From NCBI GenBank assembly GCA_964016885.1, contig OZ024740.1, positions 56,420,001-56,484,000 of the forward strand: 64,000 nt of DNA. Direction: 5' to 3'. Shown in pieces: positions 1-15,514 of the stretch (position 1 is its first letter; each line of letters starts with the position of its first letter). Position numbers and translations under genes: made by a program. Origin of the DNA: Eledone cirrhosa. Its lineage: Eukaryota. A model generated the notes under the pieces. The model ran no database searches. It was not told where the DNA came from and worked only from the letters and a program-made list of their open reading frames with translations.

Positions 1-199
1 GAAGCACTCGACCAGGCGTTATTAAACAAATATAAATAATTAATCAATCAATGGAATTGTCTAATTAAATTAATTAATTAATTATTAGGCCTAGAAGATA
101 ATAATACTAATAGAAGTTTAGTAAAATCGAAGCTTCTATATATAATTACATAATAAACAACACAATATAATTATTCCTTTGCCTTTTCTACGGAAATAC

Positions 200-279
<80 letters not shown>

Positions 280-323
280 CAATGATATTAAATAAATGGA
301 AACTATATTTATAAAACCATATT

Positions 324-388
324 TATTTTATTATATATATTTCAAGGGCAACCAAGACAACATTGGTACGCTTTCATCAGATAAAATA
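324..388 (-). ncRNA. Minimal type I hammerhead ribozyme (PLE pLTR)
   Basis: tattttat-CTGATGA-stem II-GAAA-TATATA-TA-ataaaata. Confidence 0.8.
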
Positions 389-551
389 CAAATTTTGTTT
401 TACAAATAGAGACATACCCATGAAAATCATACCTGATCGGTTGGAAATTCACTGGATAGTGGAAATATATTAGGGATTATTCAAACTTATGTGTGAATAT
501 GCATATGTATATGTAAATGAAAAACAACCGTTTATTTAAATGACAACCGTT

Positions 552-1150
552 TTATTTAGCTAGCCATGCCCTTTTCAGGACAGCTCGTCCTGCATTGGGT
601 CCCAACTGACACTCAGCTCTCACCTGTGTCCCCAAGAAGCTGTAGCACGCGACAGCGGCCACACCCCGGTAAACCGCCTTGGCTGACGGGCCGAACCAGG
701 TTGAGGGTAGCCGGACGGGTCTGAAATCCCCAGGTGAGTTAGATAGGGGATGCCTATCTTTGCATGCGAAGACTGGACCCGGCGGAGTGAGTGGAGGAGG
801 ACAACATCGTCCCAACGGTCACAAAGGCGGCGACAGCAAGCGGTGTTGAGCGCTAGGGCACGGCAAGGCACTACAGACGTCGTGGCCATCCACTGCAGCC
901 AAGGAACTCCCTGGTCGTGACGGTCCTCCGTACCACCGGATTCTGGCTTCTGCGGCCGAGTGAGTGGGGCCGTCACTGTGCACTGGCCCTCCTACTATAA
1001 ACCTTTCCCGCACAGGTTTCTTCTTTAACGTGCCCCCACTGTCCTCGGACCTGCAAGTCAAGGATCGGCTACCACAGCCACCTTCGCGCCCACGGCAGAC
1101 GGGAATAAGAATGAAGAATATGTCATCATCGTTTACGATGGACAACCAAG
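552..1150. mobile_element. GC-rich degenerate fragment, probably retroelement-derived (unclassified)
   Basis: Abrupt GC-rich block with broken frames; no diagnostic motif recognised. Confidence 0.3.
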
Positions 1151-1156
1151 ACATAC

Positions 1157-1245
<89 letters not shown>

Positions 1246-1366
1246 ATATATATATAAGTATATATATATATAAATATATAAACGTAGCGCAAATATTTAT
1301 GAAGAAGATCCTGTAAGGCGTGAAAGCAGAGATTCCTTGCTTAAACCTTAATCTCTACTAATAATA

Positions 1367-1419
<53 letters not shown>

Positions 1420-1452
1420 AAGATCGGAATTAAAGTATTCCGCAGTTCACAG

Positions 1453-1706
1453 TAATAATAATTGTTTCTACTTTAGGCACAAGGCCACCAATTACCCAGT
1501 ACATTACTGGTACTTTTTTTATCGACCCCGTAAGGATGAAAGGCAAAGTTAACCTCGGCGGGATTTGAACTCAGACTGTAAAGGGACGTAACTATGCTAG
1601 AAAACATGGCGTCCAACCCTCTACCGATACTGCCAATTCACAGTAATAATAATTGTTTCTACTTTAGGCACAAGGCCAGCAATTACCAGTGCATTACTGG
1701 TACTTT
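1453..1706 (-). mobile_element. tRNA-derived SINE family 1 (full copy plus partial tandem copy)
   Basis: A box TGGCAGTATCGG, B box GAGTTCAAATCC, (ATT)n tail. Confidence 0.8.
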
Positions 1707-1756
1707 AATAATAATATTAGCTCGAATAACAGAGAATTTTCATCTGAGCTCAAATA

Positions 1757-1990
1757 CAAATGTATTACGCAGAGAGAAGTGTGTTACACAGTGAGAAGTG
1801 TGTAAAAAATTATTACATGTGAGTTTAACCATTACTGTATGGAGTCAGAGATTTGATTCTGACTTAGTTTTTTTCTATTTAATTGCTAACCTGTAGGTAT
1901 TGTTCTCCATACAGTAACGGTTAAACTCACATGTAATAATTTTTTACACACTTCTCACTGTGTAACACACTTCTCTCTGTGTAATATATT
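1757..1990. repeat. Palindromic repeat, probable PLE end (about 90-bp arms)
   Basis: About 1757-1844 is the reverse complement of about 1905-1990; abuts (TA)n. Confidence 0.75.
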
Positions 1991-2134
1991 TATATATATA
2001 TATATATATATATAGGACAGAGAGAGAGAGAGAGGGAGAGAGAGAGAGAGGGGGGAAGAGAGAGAGTGGGGTATTTCAATGTGTCTAAGAAATAAATGAT
2101 TCATTAATTTTTTAATAAATTATTTAATACCGTT

Positions 2135-2140
2135 TTTATT
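2135..2140 (-). promoter_or_regulatory. Candidate AATAAA polyadenylation signal of the dehydratase gene
   Basis: AATAAA on the minus strand about 30 nt after the stop codon. Confidence 0.5.
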
Positions 2141-2171
2141 CAAGAATACGATAATCAGATGAACATGAGAC

Positions 2172-2276
2172 CTAGAAATACCTCTGATCCCAATCAATGC
2201 CGTCATAATTATTGTCTAACAGTTCTTTTAGCTGCTCCATGTGTTCTTTACCTTTGGTTTCAGCTATAATCGTCAC
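2172..2276 (-). CDS. Threonine ammonia-lyase-like last coding exon (VTIIAETKGKEHMEQLKELLDNNYDGIDWDQRYF*)
   Basis: ccag| acceptor in phase 0; ET.G.EH ACT C-terminal motif; TAG stop at 2174-2172. Confidence 0.9.
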   Translation of the reverse strand: MTIIAETKGKEHMEQLKELLDNNYDGIDWDQRYF

Positions 2277-2444
2277 CTGGAATAAATGAATATATATTGA
2301 AATTAAACATTTCTAGTCCTGTAGAAGCCATTTGTATATTAAATTTTATGTTTACACTCTACGAATGTATTGAGTATCTTACTTGCTGTAGTTACCCCAT
2401 ATTGAACCCGGGACTCATATATATATATATACATTCATACATGC

Positions 2445-2951
2445 ATACATGATGGCTGAAAATTCTGTTAAGAGTATTGCAATCGTTTATCAGATTACAG
2501 AGTTTGGTACACTTTTAGGCTACGGCCAGCCACATGAACCTGTAACAGATCCTGAAAAAACAATGCCGGTGCTTTGATGGTTTTTTAAGTGGGCAAAGGC
2601 CTTGCACTGGACCAATTCCACTCTCTGAACATCGAAAACGCTACCCAAAAAGTAGAACAGGTCAACATCATCGGATGCTTCCGAAGCCGCAGGTTTTTTT
2701 TTTTTCAGAGTTTCCCTCTCATAGAAAGATATTGTGACAACAACTAAGGGCCTTTCACTCCCAGGTAGGGAAAAAAGTACTGTTTCGATGGCCGTTGACT
2801 CCTGCTGAGTTCCTCCACCCATCGGTTGTCTAAATGTCACCCTCCTCGACAAGCAAGCTTGGTGGGGTTGCCGGTTTAGTCGCCGACGACCCGATTATGA
2901 GACAGGTTGTACTGGGTTACATGTTATCAATATCACTTGAGAGCGACCTGA
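2445..2951 (-). mobile_element. Non-autonomous RTE-related short retroelement
   Basis: Shares its head with the copies at 2976, 24815, 34848 and 62088; ends in cagccatca(tgta)n like the RTE end at 58430. Confidence 0.65.
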
Positions 2952-2975
2952 CATAATATATACATACATACATAC

Positions 2976-3572
2976 ATGGTGGCTGCCAACTCGTTTTCGA
3001 GTACGGCCACTACCTTATATCCATGTAGGAGAACCCCTACCGATGCGCTGAACGAGTGTGACTTATTAGTCCAGCCAGCGACTTGAAAATTCTGGTACAA
3101 ACACTACACTTGTGAGAATTATTGACACATAGTGCTGGGCCCATGGTACCATGTGACGACAAGTGCAGAGAGATCTCCAGATATAAAGCAATGCCTGTGC
3201 CGTGAAGCTTTTATAGTGAGCAAAGGCACTGCACAAAGCCAGTCCCACTCTCTTAACCAAGATGATATTTACCAAAAAGAAGAACAAGTCAACATCATTG
3301 GATACCATCAGAGTTGCAGGTGTTATATCAGAGTTTTCCTTCTCCTAGAATTCTGCCTTGACAAAGGCTAAGGGGTCACCTCTCCCGGTGATTTTGGATG
3401 GCCATTGAATCTTACGACCTCCTTTGCACTTTGACAGGTTTTGTTTTTAGTCCTGCAGGATGTCCAAAGTCACCCTCCTCACCAAGAAACCTTGGTGGGG
3501 TTGCCAGTTTAGTCGCCAACGACCCGACCATGAGACAGGTTGTACTGGGATACATGTTACCAGTAGCACCAA
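2976..3572 (-). mobile_element. Non-autonomous RTE-related short retroelement (near-identical to 62088-62695)
   Basis: Direct sequence comparison; (TACA)n flanks. Confidence 0.75.
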
Positions 3573-3836
3573 CATACATACATACATACATACATACATA
3601 CATACATACATACATACATACATACATACATACATTCACACACATACATACATATATATACATATAAAACAACCGTCCGTTTATTGAACCAACCAACCGT
3701 AAATTTATAATACATTGAAGTGAAAGCCAACAGGTGCATCTGTTTTATTGACAGCATGACCCTTCTAATATAACAATATATATATACGCACGCACACACA
3801 CACAGATATATATATATATAGAGAGAGAGAGAAAGA

Positions 3837-3880
<44 letters not shown>

Positions 3881-4377
3881 GAGGGAGAGAGAGAGAGAGA
3901 GAGAGACAGACAGAGAGAGAACTAATTAGCACCATGAATAACAACATTTCCTCGCAGCCACGTCGTTTTGTATTGAAATCTACCGCACCTCGAGTAGTTG
4001 TAATTAGACCAATACTGTGTAAATAGAATCTGGTAATCGGGACTATGCTGAAGCCATATATATATAAATATAAATATAATTATATATATATATATATATA
4101 GATTAGAATGAAACGAAATTTAATTTCTCACTCTTAGTACGGCAGTTACTTAAATGCAAGTATGTAAGTATGTATACGTACATACATATATTTATACAGA
4201 CGTACAGTAGTATGTATATATATACATACATGCACACATATATCTATGCACGTATCGGTTTACCGAACATTTATTATAATGCTCGGTTTGTTTGTTTGTA
4301 AACAAAAAAACAACCCGAATTACGCCGTACAGTGTTTAGGCAACCACGTCAGCTTTTTATTCAACACTGACACAGGA

Positions 4378-4420
4378 ACGATATACTAGTTTCAAGCTTA
4401 TTAGCTATCGTCAGCATCGT
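4378..4420 (-). ncRNA. Minimal hammerhead ribozyme; inverted mate at 4800-4841 (+) has a CTGACGG core
   Basis: cgatg-CTGACGA-tagct aata agctt-GAAA-CTAG-TA-tatcg. Confidence 0.75.
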
Positions 4421-5065
4421 ATACCTGCCTGCCAGATGGTTGAACGTCTGAAAGTATATACTTTCCTTATGCATATTAACAGCTGAGCAGCCTAATTTGC
4501 ATATCGAGTGTGTTCAGTCGGCCGGGCACACCGAAAACGATAAATGGAATAGAATGAAACGAAATTTCATTTCTCACTCTTAGTACGGTACTTACTTAAA
4601 TGTAAGTATGTATGTATACGTATATACATATATGTATACAGACGTACAGTAGTATGTATATATATATACATACATGCACACATATATATATGCACGTATC
4701 GGTTTACTCACTCGATATGCAAATTAGGCTGCTCTGCCGTTAATATGCATAAGGAAAGTATATACTTTCAGACGTTCAACCATCTGTCAGGAAGGTATAC
4801 GATGCTGACGGTAGCTAATAAGCTTGAAACTAGTACATCGTTCCTGTGTCACTGTTGAACAAAAAGGTGACGTGGTTGCCTAAACACTGTACGGCGTAAT
4901 TCAGGCTGTTTGTTTGTTTACAAACGAACAAACCGAGTATTATAATAAATGTTCGGTAAACTGATACGTGCATATATATATGTGTGCCTGTATGTATATA
5001 TATATACATGCTACTGTACGTCTGTATACATATATGTATGTACGTATGCATACATGCATACTTAC

Positions 5066-5883
<818 letters not shown>

Positions 5884-6207
5884 ATGGAATAGAATGAAAC
5901 GAAATTTCATTTCTCACTCTTAGTACGGCACTTACTTAAATGTAAGTATGTATGTATACGTACATACATATATGTATACAGACGTACAGTAGCATGTATA
6001 TATATACATACAGGCACACATATATATATGTGCATATATGATACGTGCATATATAGATGTGTGCCTGTATGTATATATATACATGCTACTGTACGTCTGT
6101 ATACATATATGTTTGTACGTATACATACATACTTACATTTATATATATATAAATATATATCGGACGTTGATTTTCGTTAATTCCTGAGCTGAAAACGATT
6201 CTCGCTA

Positions 6208-6337
<130 letters not shown>

Positions 6338-6381
6338 GTATATATATATACATATATATAAATATGTACATATATATATAA

Positions 6382-6467
<86 letters not shown>

Positions 6468-6501
6468 ATATATATATGTATATATATATATCATATATAT
6501 G

Positions 6502-6537
<36 letters not shown>

Positions 6538-6567
6538 TATATATGTATATATATATATATATACATA

Positions 6568-6644
<77 letters not shown>

Positions 6645-6695
6645 TTTCTGAATTTGTTTAGCAAGACTCTTTATCTGAAAATGCGTGTTGAAACA

Positions 6696-6832
6696 TATAT
6701 TGTTATACTTTGGGAGGGTCATGTTGCCAATAAGAAACACACGCACCAGTTGCTTTCACTTTCAATTTATAAATTGAAGCAAAGCAATTGGTGCGTGTGT
6801 TTCTTATTGGCAACATGACTCTCCCAAAGTAT

Positions 6833-6843
<11 letters not shown>
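6696..6843. repeat. Near-perfect palindrome (PLE pLTR end, Neptune-like family)
   Basis: Arms meet at ttcaatttataaattgaa; lies between (TA)n tracts. Confidence 0.75.
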
Positions 6844-6884
<41 letters not shown>

Positions 6885-7069
6885 GATTAGAGCAAACATC
6901 ACGAGTGCTCTATCTCAAAATTATTTTTGAAAAGCATTAGAAATGCGCAACCGGTAAAAACTTAAAACTAAAACTGAATACTAACCAATACTTATTACTA
7001 ATTTATACTTATTCCTAATTAAACTATTTTTCAGTGGGAAAAATTTGTCAGCATTTTCTTTTCCTTTTA

Positions 7070-7106
<37 letters not shown>

Positions 7107-7171
7107 CGAAGGAAATGTGGTACGGAACCAGATGGACCATAACGCACCAAAGTACTCAATACTTAGGGTAG

Positions 7172-7209
<38 letters not shown>

Positions 7210-8428
7210 CGATTAACAAAATTGATATATACTATATTTTTATTTCGCAACCAGAATCTTCATTATCAGGAGGAGGTGAAACTTAGTTTTTATGCAGATC
7301 AATTCTTTTTAATTATTAAAAAAAAACATATATATTTGTTTAAAACACAGTAAAGACCCATTATTCATAAATAAATAGAAAACTTCTTTCAACAAAATGA
7401 TATGGAATTCAACCAAAAGATATATACAATTATCATAGAAGAATAACTACATCAACTTCCTCAGAACTGTTTCCTGTTGTATTTCTACACATCTTGTTCC
7501 ATCTCGTATGCTAAGGCCTTTCTTAACCACATTTAGAAAAAAAAAATGTTTTAATTGCTAATGAAACGAATGTATAACTTCTTCTTGGTCATCTATATTT
7601 TTATTGCTTCTATAATGTTGTAATTTTATCAGAATTCTTGGACGGAGTGATGTTTTTTTCAGTAATCAATATGCTTAAAGATAATGTGTATTGAAAACGG
7701 AAATTACTCTGATCCATGAGATGTATTAGTAAAGTTGTGTTTGGTTGAATGAAAACAACTTCAATAGTTTCGCACGATTGGAGAGAATCAAAGTTAGAAG
7801 GAAGACTAGAAGCGTTGTCAAAATGATGTAGTGCATTGAGTTGGAAATTATTTTTACTTCGTAACGTTTGAGAGCTGGACAGAAATGTTTAATCAGCAAT
7901 TCAGTAAACAAATCTTGCGTATGTAACACAAGCATTCAATTAGATTTCTGATCAGCAGGTAAGATAGATTTGGAGATACCTATCATTGCTCTTACAACTT
8001 CAGAACGATAAATAGGCAATTATTTAAGTTTCAGGTGTCCAGTGGCAGTTGTTCCTCTCAATAATATGGTGACGGCCTACTGTTGCTTTATTGAACTTCG
8101 TTATAACGAACATCCCTTCACAGAAAACTCAAAACAATGATATGATGGGTTCACATACATACACACACACACTCTCTCTCTCGCCTCCTTCTTTCACTTT
8201 CTCCCACACACACATTATATTATATATATACATATATATATATGGTAAAAAACGAGGAGGTTATATCCAAAGTTGGTAGAGCACTCAGTCCAAAGGACGA
8301 GTTCGGTATGGAGTTAGTTCCACAACAAATTAGTAAGCCATACTTGAAAACACGCATTTCACCCGATGGTTTCTTCGACTCTTGCACGGTTATAGTGACA
8401 ACTGACAATAACCATACATGGAACTAAT

Positions 8429-8565
<137 letters not shown>

Positions 8566-8626
8566 TTATATATATATATATATACGAGTATATATATATA
8601 GAATAAGTAAAAGCGAAGTAGTTTCA

Positions 8627-8663
<37 letters not shown>

Positions 8664-8974
8664 TATACATAAACGAGGTGATAACACAACCATATAAGGC
8701 AAAGAATAATTCAAAGCTCAAATGAGATTTTAAAGTCCCTAGCAAGATAGATAAGAGACATTTCAGATTTTAATACAATCGGTAAAATTTCCAATCACAT
8801 TAGTTTTGCAATATCATAGATTATACATAAAATGAATAAAAATTAACCTGCATTAAAATACATTAAATTATTTAATACCATGTTGATAAAGATATTATTC
8901 GTACTGGTAGTAATGACACAAGGTCTAGAAACATCTGACTGATAGAATGACAAGTCAGTCAATCATATTGGTGG

Positions 8975-9500
8975 CTTCCCCACAGCCCCGACGGACAGAA
9001 TAGAGACGGCGTTTCCCCGGAGGACTGCAAGGGAGACGCGCTAGAAAAGCTACTCCAACTCGCGGGGCTCACACCTGCGTCTGGCCACCTCAGTGCCTAT
9101 GGTGGTGAGTAGGGAGGTAGCCCTAGGGCCGAGGACACCAGAAGTCTCCATTGCCAAGGGTACAACCGCAAACCTGTCGGAGAGCGACCGGTATTTTAAG
9201 AGTGTGGCTCCCTCAGCCCGACGTGCGGCAGAACCTGGGTTAGTCGCAGACTGCACCAGGTTGCGGCTTCAGAAAGTGTCGGTGCAAGTGGCATCCCAGA
9301 CGAGGGGTTTTCCACCGCGGAACGGGAAGATGGTCATGCCATCTGGCCTTTTGCCGTCCCCTCGGCAGCCCCACCGGCTCGAGCTTGGAAGGGAAGTCTG
9401 CAGCGCCCAAGCCATGCTTTATGACCTCGTTGAGAGCAGCATTACATGGAAGGCGGCCGGCACTGTGGCGACAGGAAAGAGGGCGGAGGCCGAAAGAACG
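8975..9500 (-). mobile_element. CRE-clade non-LTR retrotransposon 3' fragment (restriction-like endonuclease domain)
   Basis: [16 protein letters not shown]...[13 protein letters not shown]......PLA.ET.G..G and RVSLAV.RGNA, read across frameshifts. Confidence 0.8.
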
Positions 9501-9690
9501 AACGTTTCTATCAGTACAGTAAGAAATTCCATTTTTTCCCACTGTACTGATTTGCTCAGAATCTATTAATCACTATAAATAACATCATTACCAACAATGA
9601 CTAAACATCTCCATTCCGAAAGCGTAAACAAATTCAAATACAGTTTGGAAAACGTCCGAAAGTGACCGCAATAAGTGACTTCACACTTAA

Positions 9691-9785
<95 letters not shown>

Positions 9786-10414
9786 CGCGCGCGTGTTGTG
9801 TTGTGTGGTGCGCATATGTATGTGAATGACAATCTGAGAGCTAATTTATACCTCATTACGTCAAAAATGTAACACTCAATACATCATTCGATTCGATAAA
9901 CCAAGGCATACATAAGCACAAAGATTGACATAACAAGCTAAATACGCTGCCACAGTACAGCCACAGTCCATTCACTAAAACCCATAAAAGAATTTTGATT
10001 GCTAAGCAAATGACGAAAGATTCTTCATGGACCTTATTTCAGCGAGAGACTAAATACATATGAATATGTTTTCGTATATTAATATATGTTAATATATTAC
10101 GTTATATTGGTACTTTAGTGGGTGGTAGACTAAGTCACCACCCCTGGCTGCCTTTTGGGGACTTGTATATTTATTTATTTAAACCCACGCTGTACTGGTA
10201 CTTTAGTGTGTGATGAACTTTATTTGGTGGATAGATTTAATCCACCACCCAGGATAACATCCCAACTTTGTCCTTTGTATCATAGCGGACTCCAATCTAT
10301 GGTAAGACTTCAGCTGAGGTCTCCCATTTGATGACACCCTCTCGTCCTCACCACCTACACTAGGAGATCTCGAAAAGAATCATGAACATTTCCCTTTACT
10401 CCCTAGTTAATTAA

Positions 10415-10633
10415 TGATTTCTAATATAAGCACAAGGCCAGTCATTTGGGAAGAGGGGAAAGTCGATTAAATCGACCCCAGTGCATTACTGGTGCTTTAT
10501 TTTATCGACCCCCCCCCCCCGTAAAAATGAAAGGCAAAGCTAACCACGGCGGTATTTGAACGTAAAGGGCCATATTTCTATGCTGCAAAGCATGGTGTCT
10601 GACGCTCTACCAATACTGCCAATCCACCGCCCT
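10415..10633 (-). mobile_element. tRNA-derived SINE family 1
   Basis: A and B boxes; imperfect TSD tccctagttaattaat / tccctggataattaat. Confidence 0.75.
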
Positions 10634-10672
10634 TCCCTGGATAATTAATAAAGCAAAATATGCTGTTCTTAC

Positions 10673-10730
10673 CTTGACAGTAAATACATCGGTGCTTAAC
10701 CACGCTCGTTCATGGAAGATATCCTTGATA
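10673..10730 (-). CDS. Threonine ammonia-lyase-like exon (SIKDIFHERAWLSTDVFTVK)
   Basis: ttttag|...|gtaaga; I.DI.HER ACT-domain motif; 58 bp, in phase. Confidence 0.92.
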
Positions 10731-13714
10731 CTAAAAATAAATGAATATGAAAAATAATATTAAATAGATGCAAAAAAATAAAAGAAAAAGAAAATACGAT
10801 CTTTGTTGTTGCTTAAATGCTTAACACTAGGTCAACACTGATCAAAGAAATTAAAAGACGAAGGACTTCTAGACTAGCCATCCATCTTTTCTGACAGGTA
10901 ACACAGAGAAAAGAGCCCATGACGTAAAGCGGCTGATGCAGCGGATCCCTGGAATTTGTCCGTGGGGCGCAGCTGAGGCATACCACCTTGACTGTATTAT
11001 AAAGTATCTTTCCTTTATATTCGCATTTTAAAAAATTTCTTTTTTTTTTTTTCTTTTCTCATATGCAAACATAGTTGAATTGTAAATTTCTTTCTCTGCG
11101 ATGTATTTGTTTTGCAATTTTTTTTAAAATATGAAATCGTATGTTGAAACACAGCGGGTGGGGGGGGGGGGGGGTACAGCCAAGATCACTGAAGATGTTA
11201 CAGAAATGCGTCTCGAAAGAACTTTGAGAAATTTTTATATTTATATTTTCAACTGTTGGTCAATCAATGATAAACATTGATTACCAGCTAAAGTATTTAT
11301 AAAAATATAGCAATATACTAATGGTAAAACCAAACCAAACCAAAAAGTGAGTGTGTTTTACTAATGTTGGCAGTAATGACCCTCCCCAATATAACAAAAT
11401 TTCTTTCTTCCATTCAGTTTACCCAGATTTACCTATGGACACATACGTAGCCGAATAGTCATGAAGTTTGCTTCGTAATCATGTTTTGAAGTCAAATCCT
11501 CTACGAGTTATCTGGTGTAAGTGTCTTTTATCTCGTGTCACACCAAGCCTTTGTAAAAGAATTTAGATTTACTGAAACTGTGGAAAGGCCGTTCATTGGA
11601 TTGTACCTATCATTCAAAGGGCTATATTGATTCTTCCTGATATTTATGTTAGGGTTCCACGCGCCTCTGGACTACTCAGTCACTATGCCATCATTTAATT
11701 TATACACAGTTGAGTTGATCGAATATTCTTACAACTATGATTTACACATGCATATGGAAAGCACAGTGAGCGAGGAAGGAAAGTTATATTCGGTTGCTCG
11801 ACCTGCAAGAAATAACAGCTAAATTATATTCGATGATGCAGTTCTAGCTGCACTATGCCTGAAAGAAGATCAGAAGTTCTTGTGTGGAACGCCTTTGATA
11901 ATAAGCGTGCTCAATCTGAGCTGATCTTATGCTAAGGCAACAATAGCAACAACAAATAATAATATAGCCAAAGAGAAATTGTTACCTGGTCGGACGGTCT
12001 GCTAGAAGTAGCAGCCAAAATTCCTACAAATCACACCATACCACTTTACAAAATGAATGAAGCATTAGATAATGTAGAAGAAACAAAAATAAAAAGACGA
12101 GATAGTTATGCATGGAACTTCTTCGATAACAAATCGGATTGATTACGTCTGAATCGGGCTAAACAACACACTCAGCACCCCTATAAACACACTTAATAAA
12201 TGCTACTGTTGAAAGTGAGGATAAATAGTTTCTAAGATATGGCCACATTTAATAAAAGAAGAAAAAATAGATGCTCCAACATCCATTCACTTCTTGAGTA
12301 TTTTAATGCAATAAAAAATAAATCTTCACCATCTAAAATAATTTTATGGAACAAGGGAAATAACTCATATTGAGTTATCTCCCTTCATATACGCGAAGAT
12401 TTGTAGAGAATATTATAATTCTTTCTTCGCTTTTATTTTATTTTATATTTGGTACTTTTCCCCTTTTTCATTGACGTTTCCGAATATTTTGAAGGAAAGA
12501 AAGCAGCAATAAGCCTTAAACTACCGTACTAAAACTAACGTAACTCTCATTAACTATTTGACCTATTCTTTTTTTCGTTTGATCAGCGAACTATACATAG
12601 CAACAGTGATTGATTACATCTAGACATATTTGTTTCAAAGTTTTGATTCTGACAGCCGCAATGACTCAACCAGCTACATCTCAGATAACCTATTCTGTAA
12701 AATATCGAAGGGTTGTTGTCAAATAATTCAGATTTCTATTTTACAAGATATAAAATATCTACAATTTAGGGGAAAGGAAAAATTAGTTGTGTGGTCTTCA
12801 TACTTGTAATTGTGTGGGCTTCATACATATTTTATGAATCATGGAATTCTAGAAAGTAATGCCAACGAATATATAGTTTGAACTCAAACAAATGAAACAA
12901 TAAAATTAGTCCATTGAAATATTTAGATTCACGATCCAGTGGGATAATATTTGCATGGTCCCTCGATTTACTAGAAATAACAGATAATTCTCCGCCTAAC
13001 ATGGCTCTCTCTTTAAAAAGGAAATTTTAACCTGTCAGTATCAAATACATTATCAAAAGTGTTGTATTTTTTTAAAGGGAGTTGGGTACGAGGTAAGTAT
13101 GAAGTGATGAATTTCAGTGGGTCTAGTTATTACATACATGTTCCCTTTAGTAGTTCAGTCAATAGAGCATCGGATTTTCTGAACCAGCCTAGAGAAGGAA
13201 TGCGGTCTAGAAATTAATGTGAGTTCGATTCCAGGAGTGAGCGGTACGTTATATTCCCGATCAAAATATTTCATTTCACCTTCCTCCAGTTCGCTCAGCT
13301 GAAAATAATAGTAGCAGTGGCTAAAGGTTAATCCTTCGACGAACTGTCATCCAATCCAGTGAGCGGTTTTGTACTCTCAGTTGCTTAACGCCGTTGAAAT
13401 CGGGATAAGTTCCGACTTCATGAGCCCCCAAACTTAAGTCAGACTTTAACAATTAACTGTTCTATGCTAATAGGCTCAAACGTTATTTGAACTCAGAAAA
13501 TAAAGAAACGGAACAAATATCGCAAGGCATCCCACCCGATACTACCAACCCACCGCCATGAACTGATAACTTATCTATCCACCATGAAAAAATAAAATAC
13601 AAAACTGAGTTCAGCTGAATTCGAAACCAGAGTGCAGAAAGCCGAATCAAATGTTGCAAAATAATCTGGCGTTCTGCTGATCGCCGACACAACATGTAAA
13701 CCATTGATCTCTCG

Positions 13715-13905
13715 TTGGTGGATTGGCAGTATCGGTAGAGGGTCGGACGCTATGCTTTGACGTATAGAGTTACGGCCCTTGCCATTCTGAGTTCAAATCC
13801 CGCCGAGGTTAACTTTGTCTTTCATCCTTACTGGGTCGATAAAATAAAGTACCAGTAATGCTCTGGGTAATTTCTGGCCTTGTGCGAAACGTAGAAACAG
13901 TTATT
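13715..13905 (+). mobile_element. tRNA-derived SINE family 1
   Basis: A and B boxes and the shared ctttcatcctt...gtcgataaaataaagtaccag body. Confidence 0.8.
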
Positions 13906-14273
13906 TAGTCAGTCATCTGCATTCTCTTTCATGTAACAGACAGATAAGGACTGAGCAGATCAAGAAAGGTATAAATCCAGTGGTCTTTCCATTGATGATT
14001 TCATCTGACAGAAGGAGGTGACATTAACCGGTTCAGATAACACGAAGCATCCTGTCCAACTCTTTCAAAATTCCGCCAATCCACCACTCTTAATTGGTAC
14101 TTTAATTATCGACCCGCCCGAAAGGAAAAAAAAAACTAAGTTATATCCTTTGTGAGATTTTAATTCAAAACGCAAAAAGATGAAACATACCAAGGAATTA
14201 AATCCGATGCAGTAACGACCCAACAAAATAGACAAGCAGACATCAAAAAGAGGAATAAATATAGTAATCTTAC

Positions 14274-14441
14274 CTGATGCCAATTGAAGATATTAATCTG
14301 GTAAAATCCGACAGTCCACCAGGTTTATCACTAATTACGGCAACAAACTTAATGAGACGTCTGTCTGCTACTAGACCACAGTCAAGAACCTTTCCCAATG
14401 CAGGAGTGTCAATATTTCCGCCGCATAACGTTACAACCACT
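14274..14441 (-). CDS. Threonine ammonia-lyase-like exon (VVVTLCGGNID...ISDKPGGLSDFTRLISSIGI), start of ACT-like domain
   Basis: cag|...|gtaaga; CGGNID motif and the ACT-type D(K/R)PG.L motif; 168 bp. Confidence 0.95.
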
Positions 14442-14736
14442 CTGCGTAGAGATATATATGTTTCAACATATATATGTATATATATATATATATATACTAT
14501 ACAATATATATATATATATATATATATACTATACAATATATATATACTATACAATATATATATGTATATATGTATATATATATATATATAGTAATAATAA
14601 TAAATATATAAATGTTTCTACTTTTGGCACAAGGCCAGCAATTAACCAGTGCATTACTGGTACTTTATTTTATCGATCTCGTAAGGATGAAAGGCAAAGT
14701 TAACCTCGGTGGGATTTGAACTCAGAATGAAAATGG

Positions 14737-14799
<63 letters not shown>

Positions 14800-14801
<2 letters not shown>

Positions 14802-15025
14802 ATAAATTTGAAATTTGAAGACTAAAATCCAAAGAGGGCTCGATAAGGATAAATATATATCAAATATATAAAAACCCTAGAGCAAATATTTATTAATATA
14901 ACAGATTAAAGTTTAAGCAAAGAAGCGCTTCTTTCACCCTTAACGGGATCTTCTGAAGATCCCATTAAGGCTGGAAGCAGCGATTCTTAGCTTAAACTTT
15001 AATCTGTTATTTTAATAAATATATA
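14800..15025. mobile_element. Palindromic PLE end folded at the hammerhead core (relatives at about 1300-1355, 29495-29605, 34385-34460)
   Basis: Arms about 14886-15022 centred on gatcttctgaagatc; GAAGA-tccc..ggg-tGAAA motif. Confidence 0.7.
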
Positions 15026-15111
15026 CTGTATATATATATATATATATATGTATGTTTATATATATTATATTACATTATAACATACTGTAATATTGTAAAA
15101 TCATAAATATT

Positions 15112-15157
<46 letters not shown>

Positions 15158-15356
15158 AGAAAGAAAGAAAGAGAGAGAGAGGCGGGGTGGAGAAATAAAG
15201 AGAAAAATGATGTTCACTTTTAGAATACTGGGAATACTTCCAGTCGTGTGAGTACTCAATACATATTAAGGTGGAGCGTAGACGTGACAGGAACGTAAAG
15301 CTCGGAGATAACTGAAACGGAATAGGCTCTCCGAAGTGCAGAAACCGACGTTTATG

Positions 15357-15469
<113 letters not shown>

Positions 15470-15472
15470 ACG

Positions 15473-15506
<34 letters not shown>

Positions 15507-15514
15507 ATCTTATA

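Noticed and set aside
7360-8080. Possible decayed coding sequence on the minus strand
   Set aside because: No recognisable motif and multiple stops; cannot be classified.
11190-11216. Hammerhead-like CTGAAGA..GAAA..GTC (also loose motifs near 8350-8385 and 38305-38370)
   Set aside because: Stem I or stem II cannot form properly; at best these are decayed relics.
13715-13810. tRNA gene
   Set aside because: The A and B boxes belong to a multi-copy SINE head and there is no cloverleaf.
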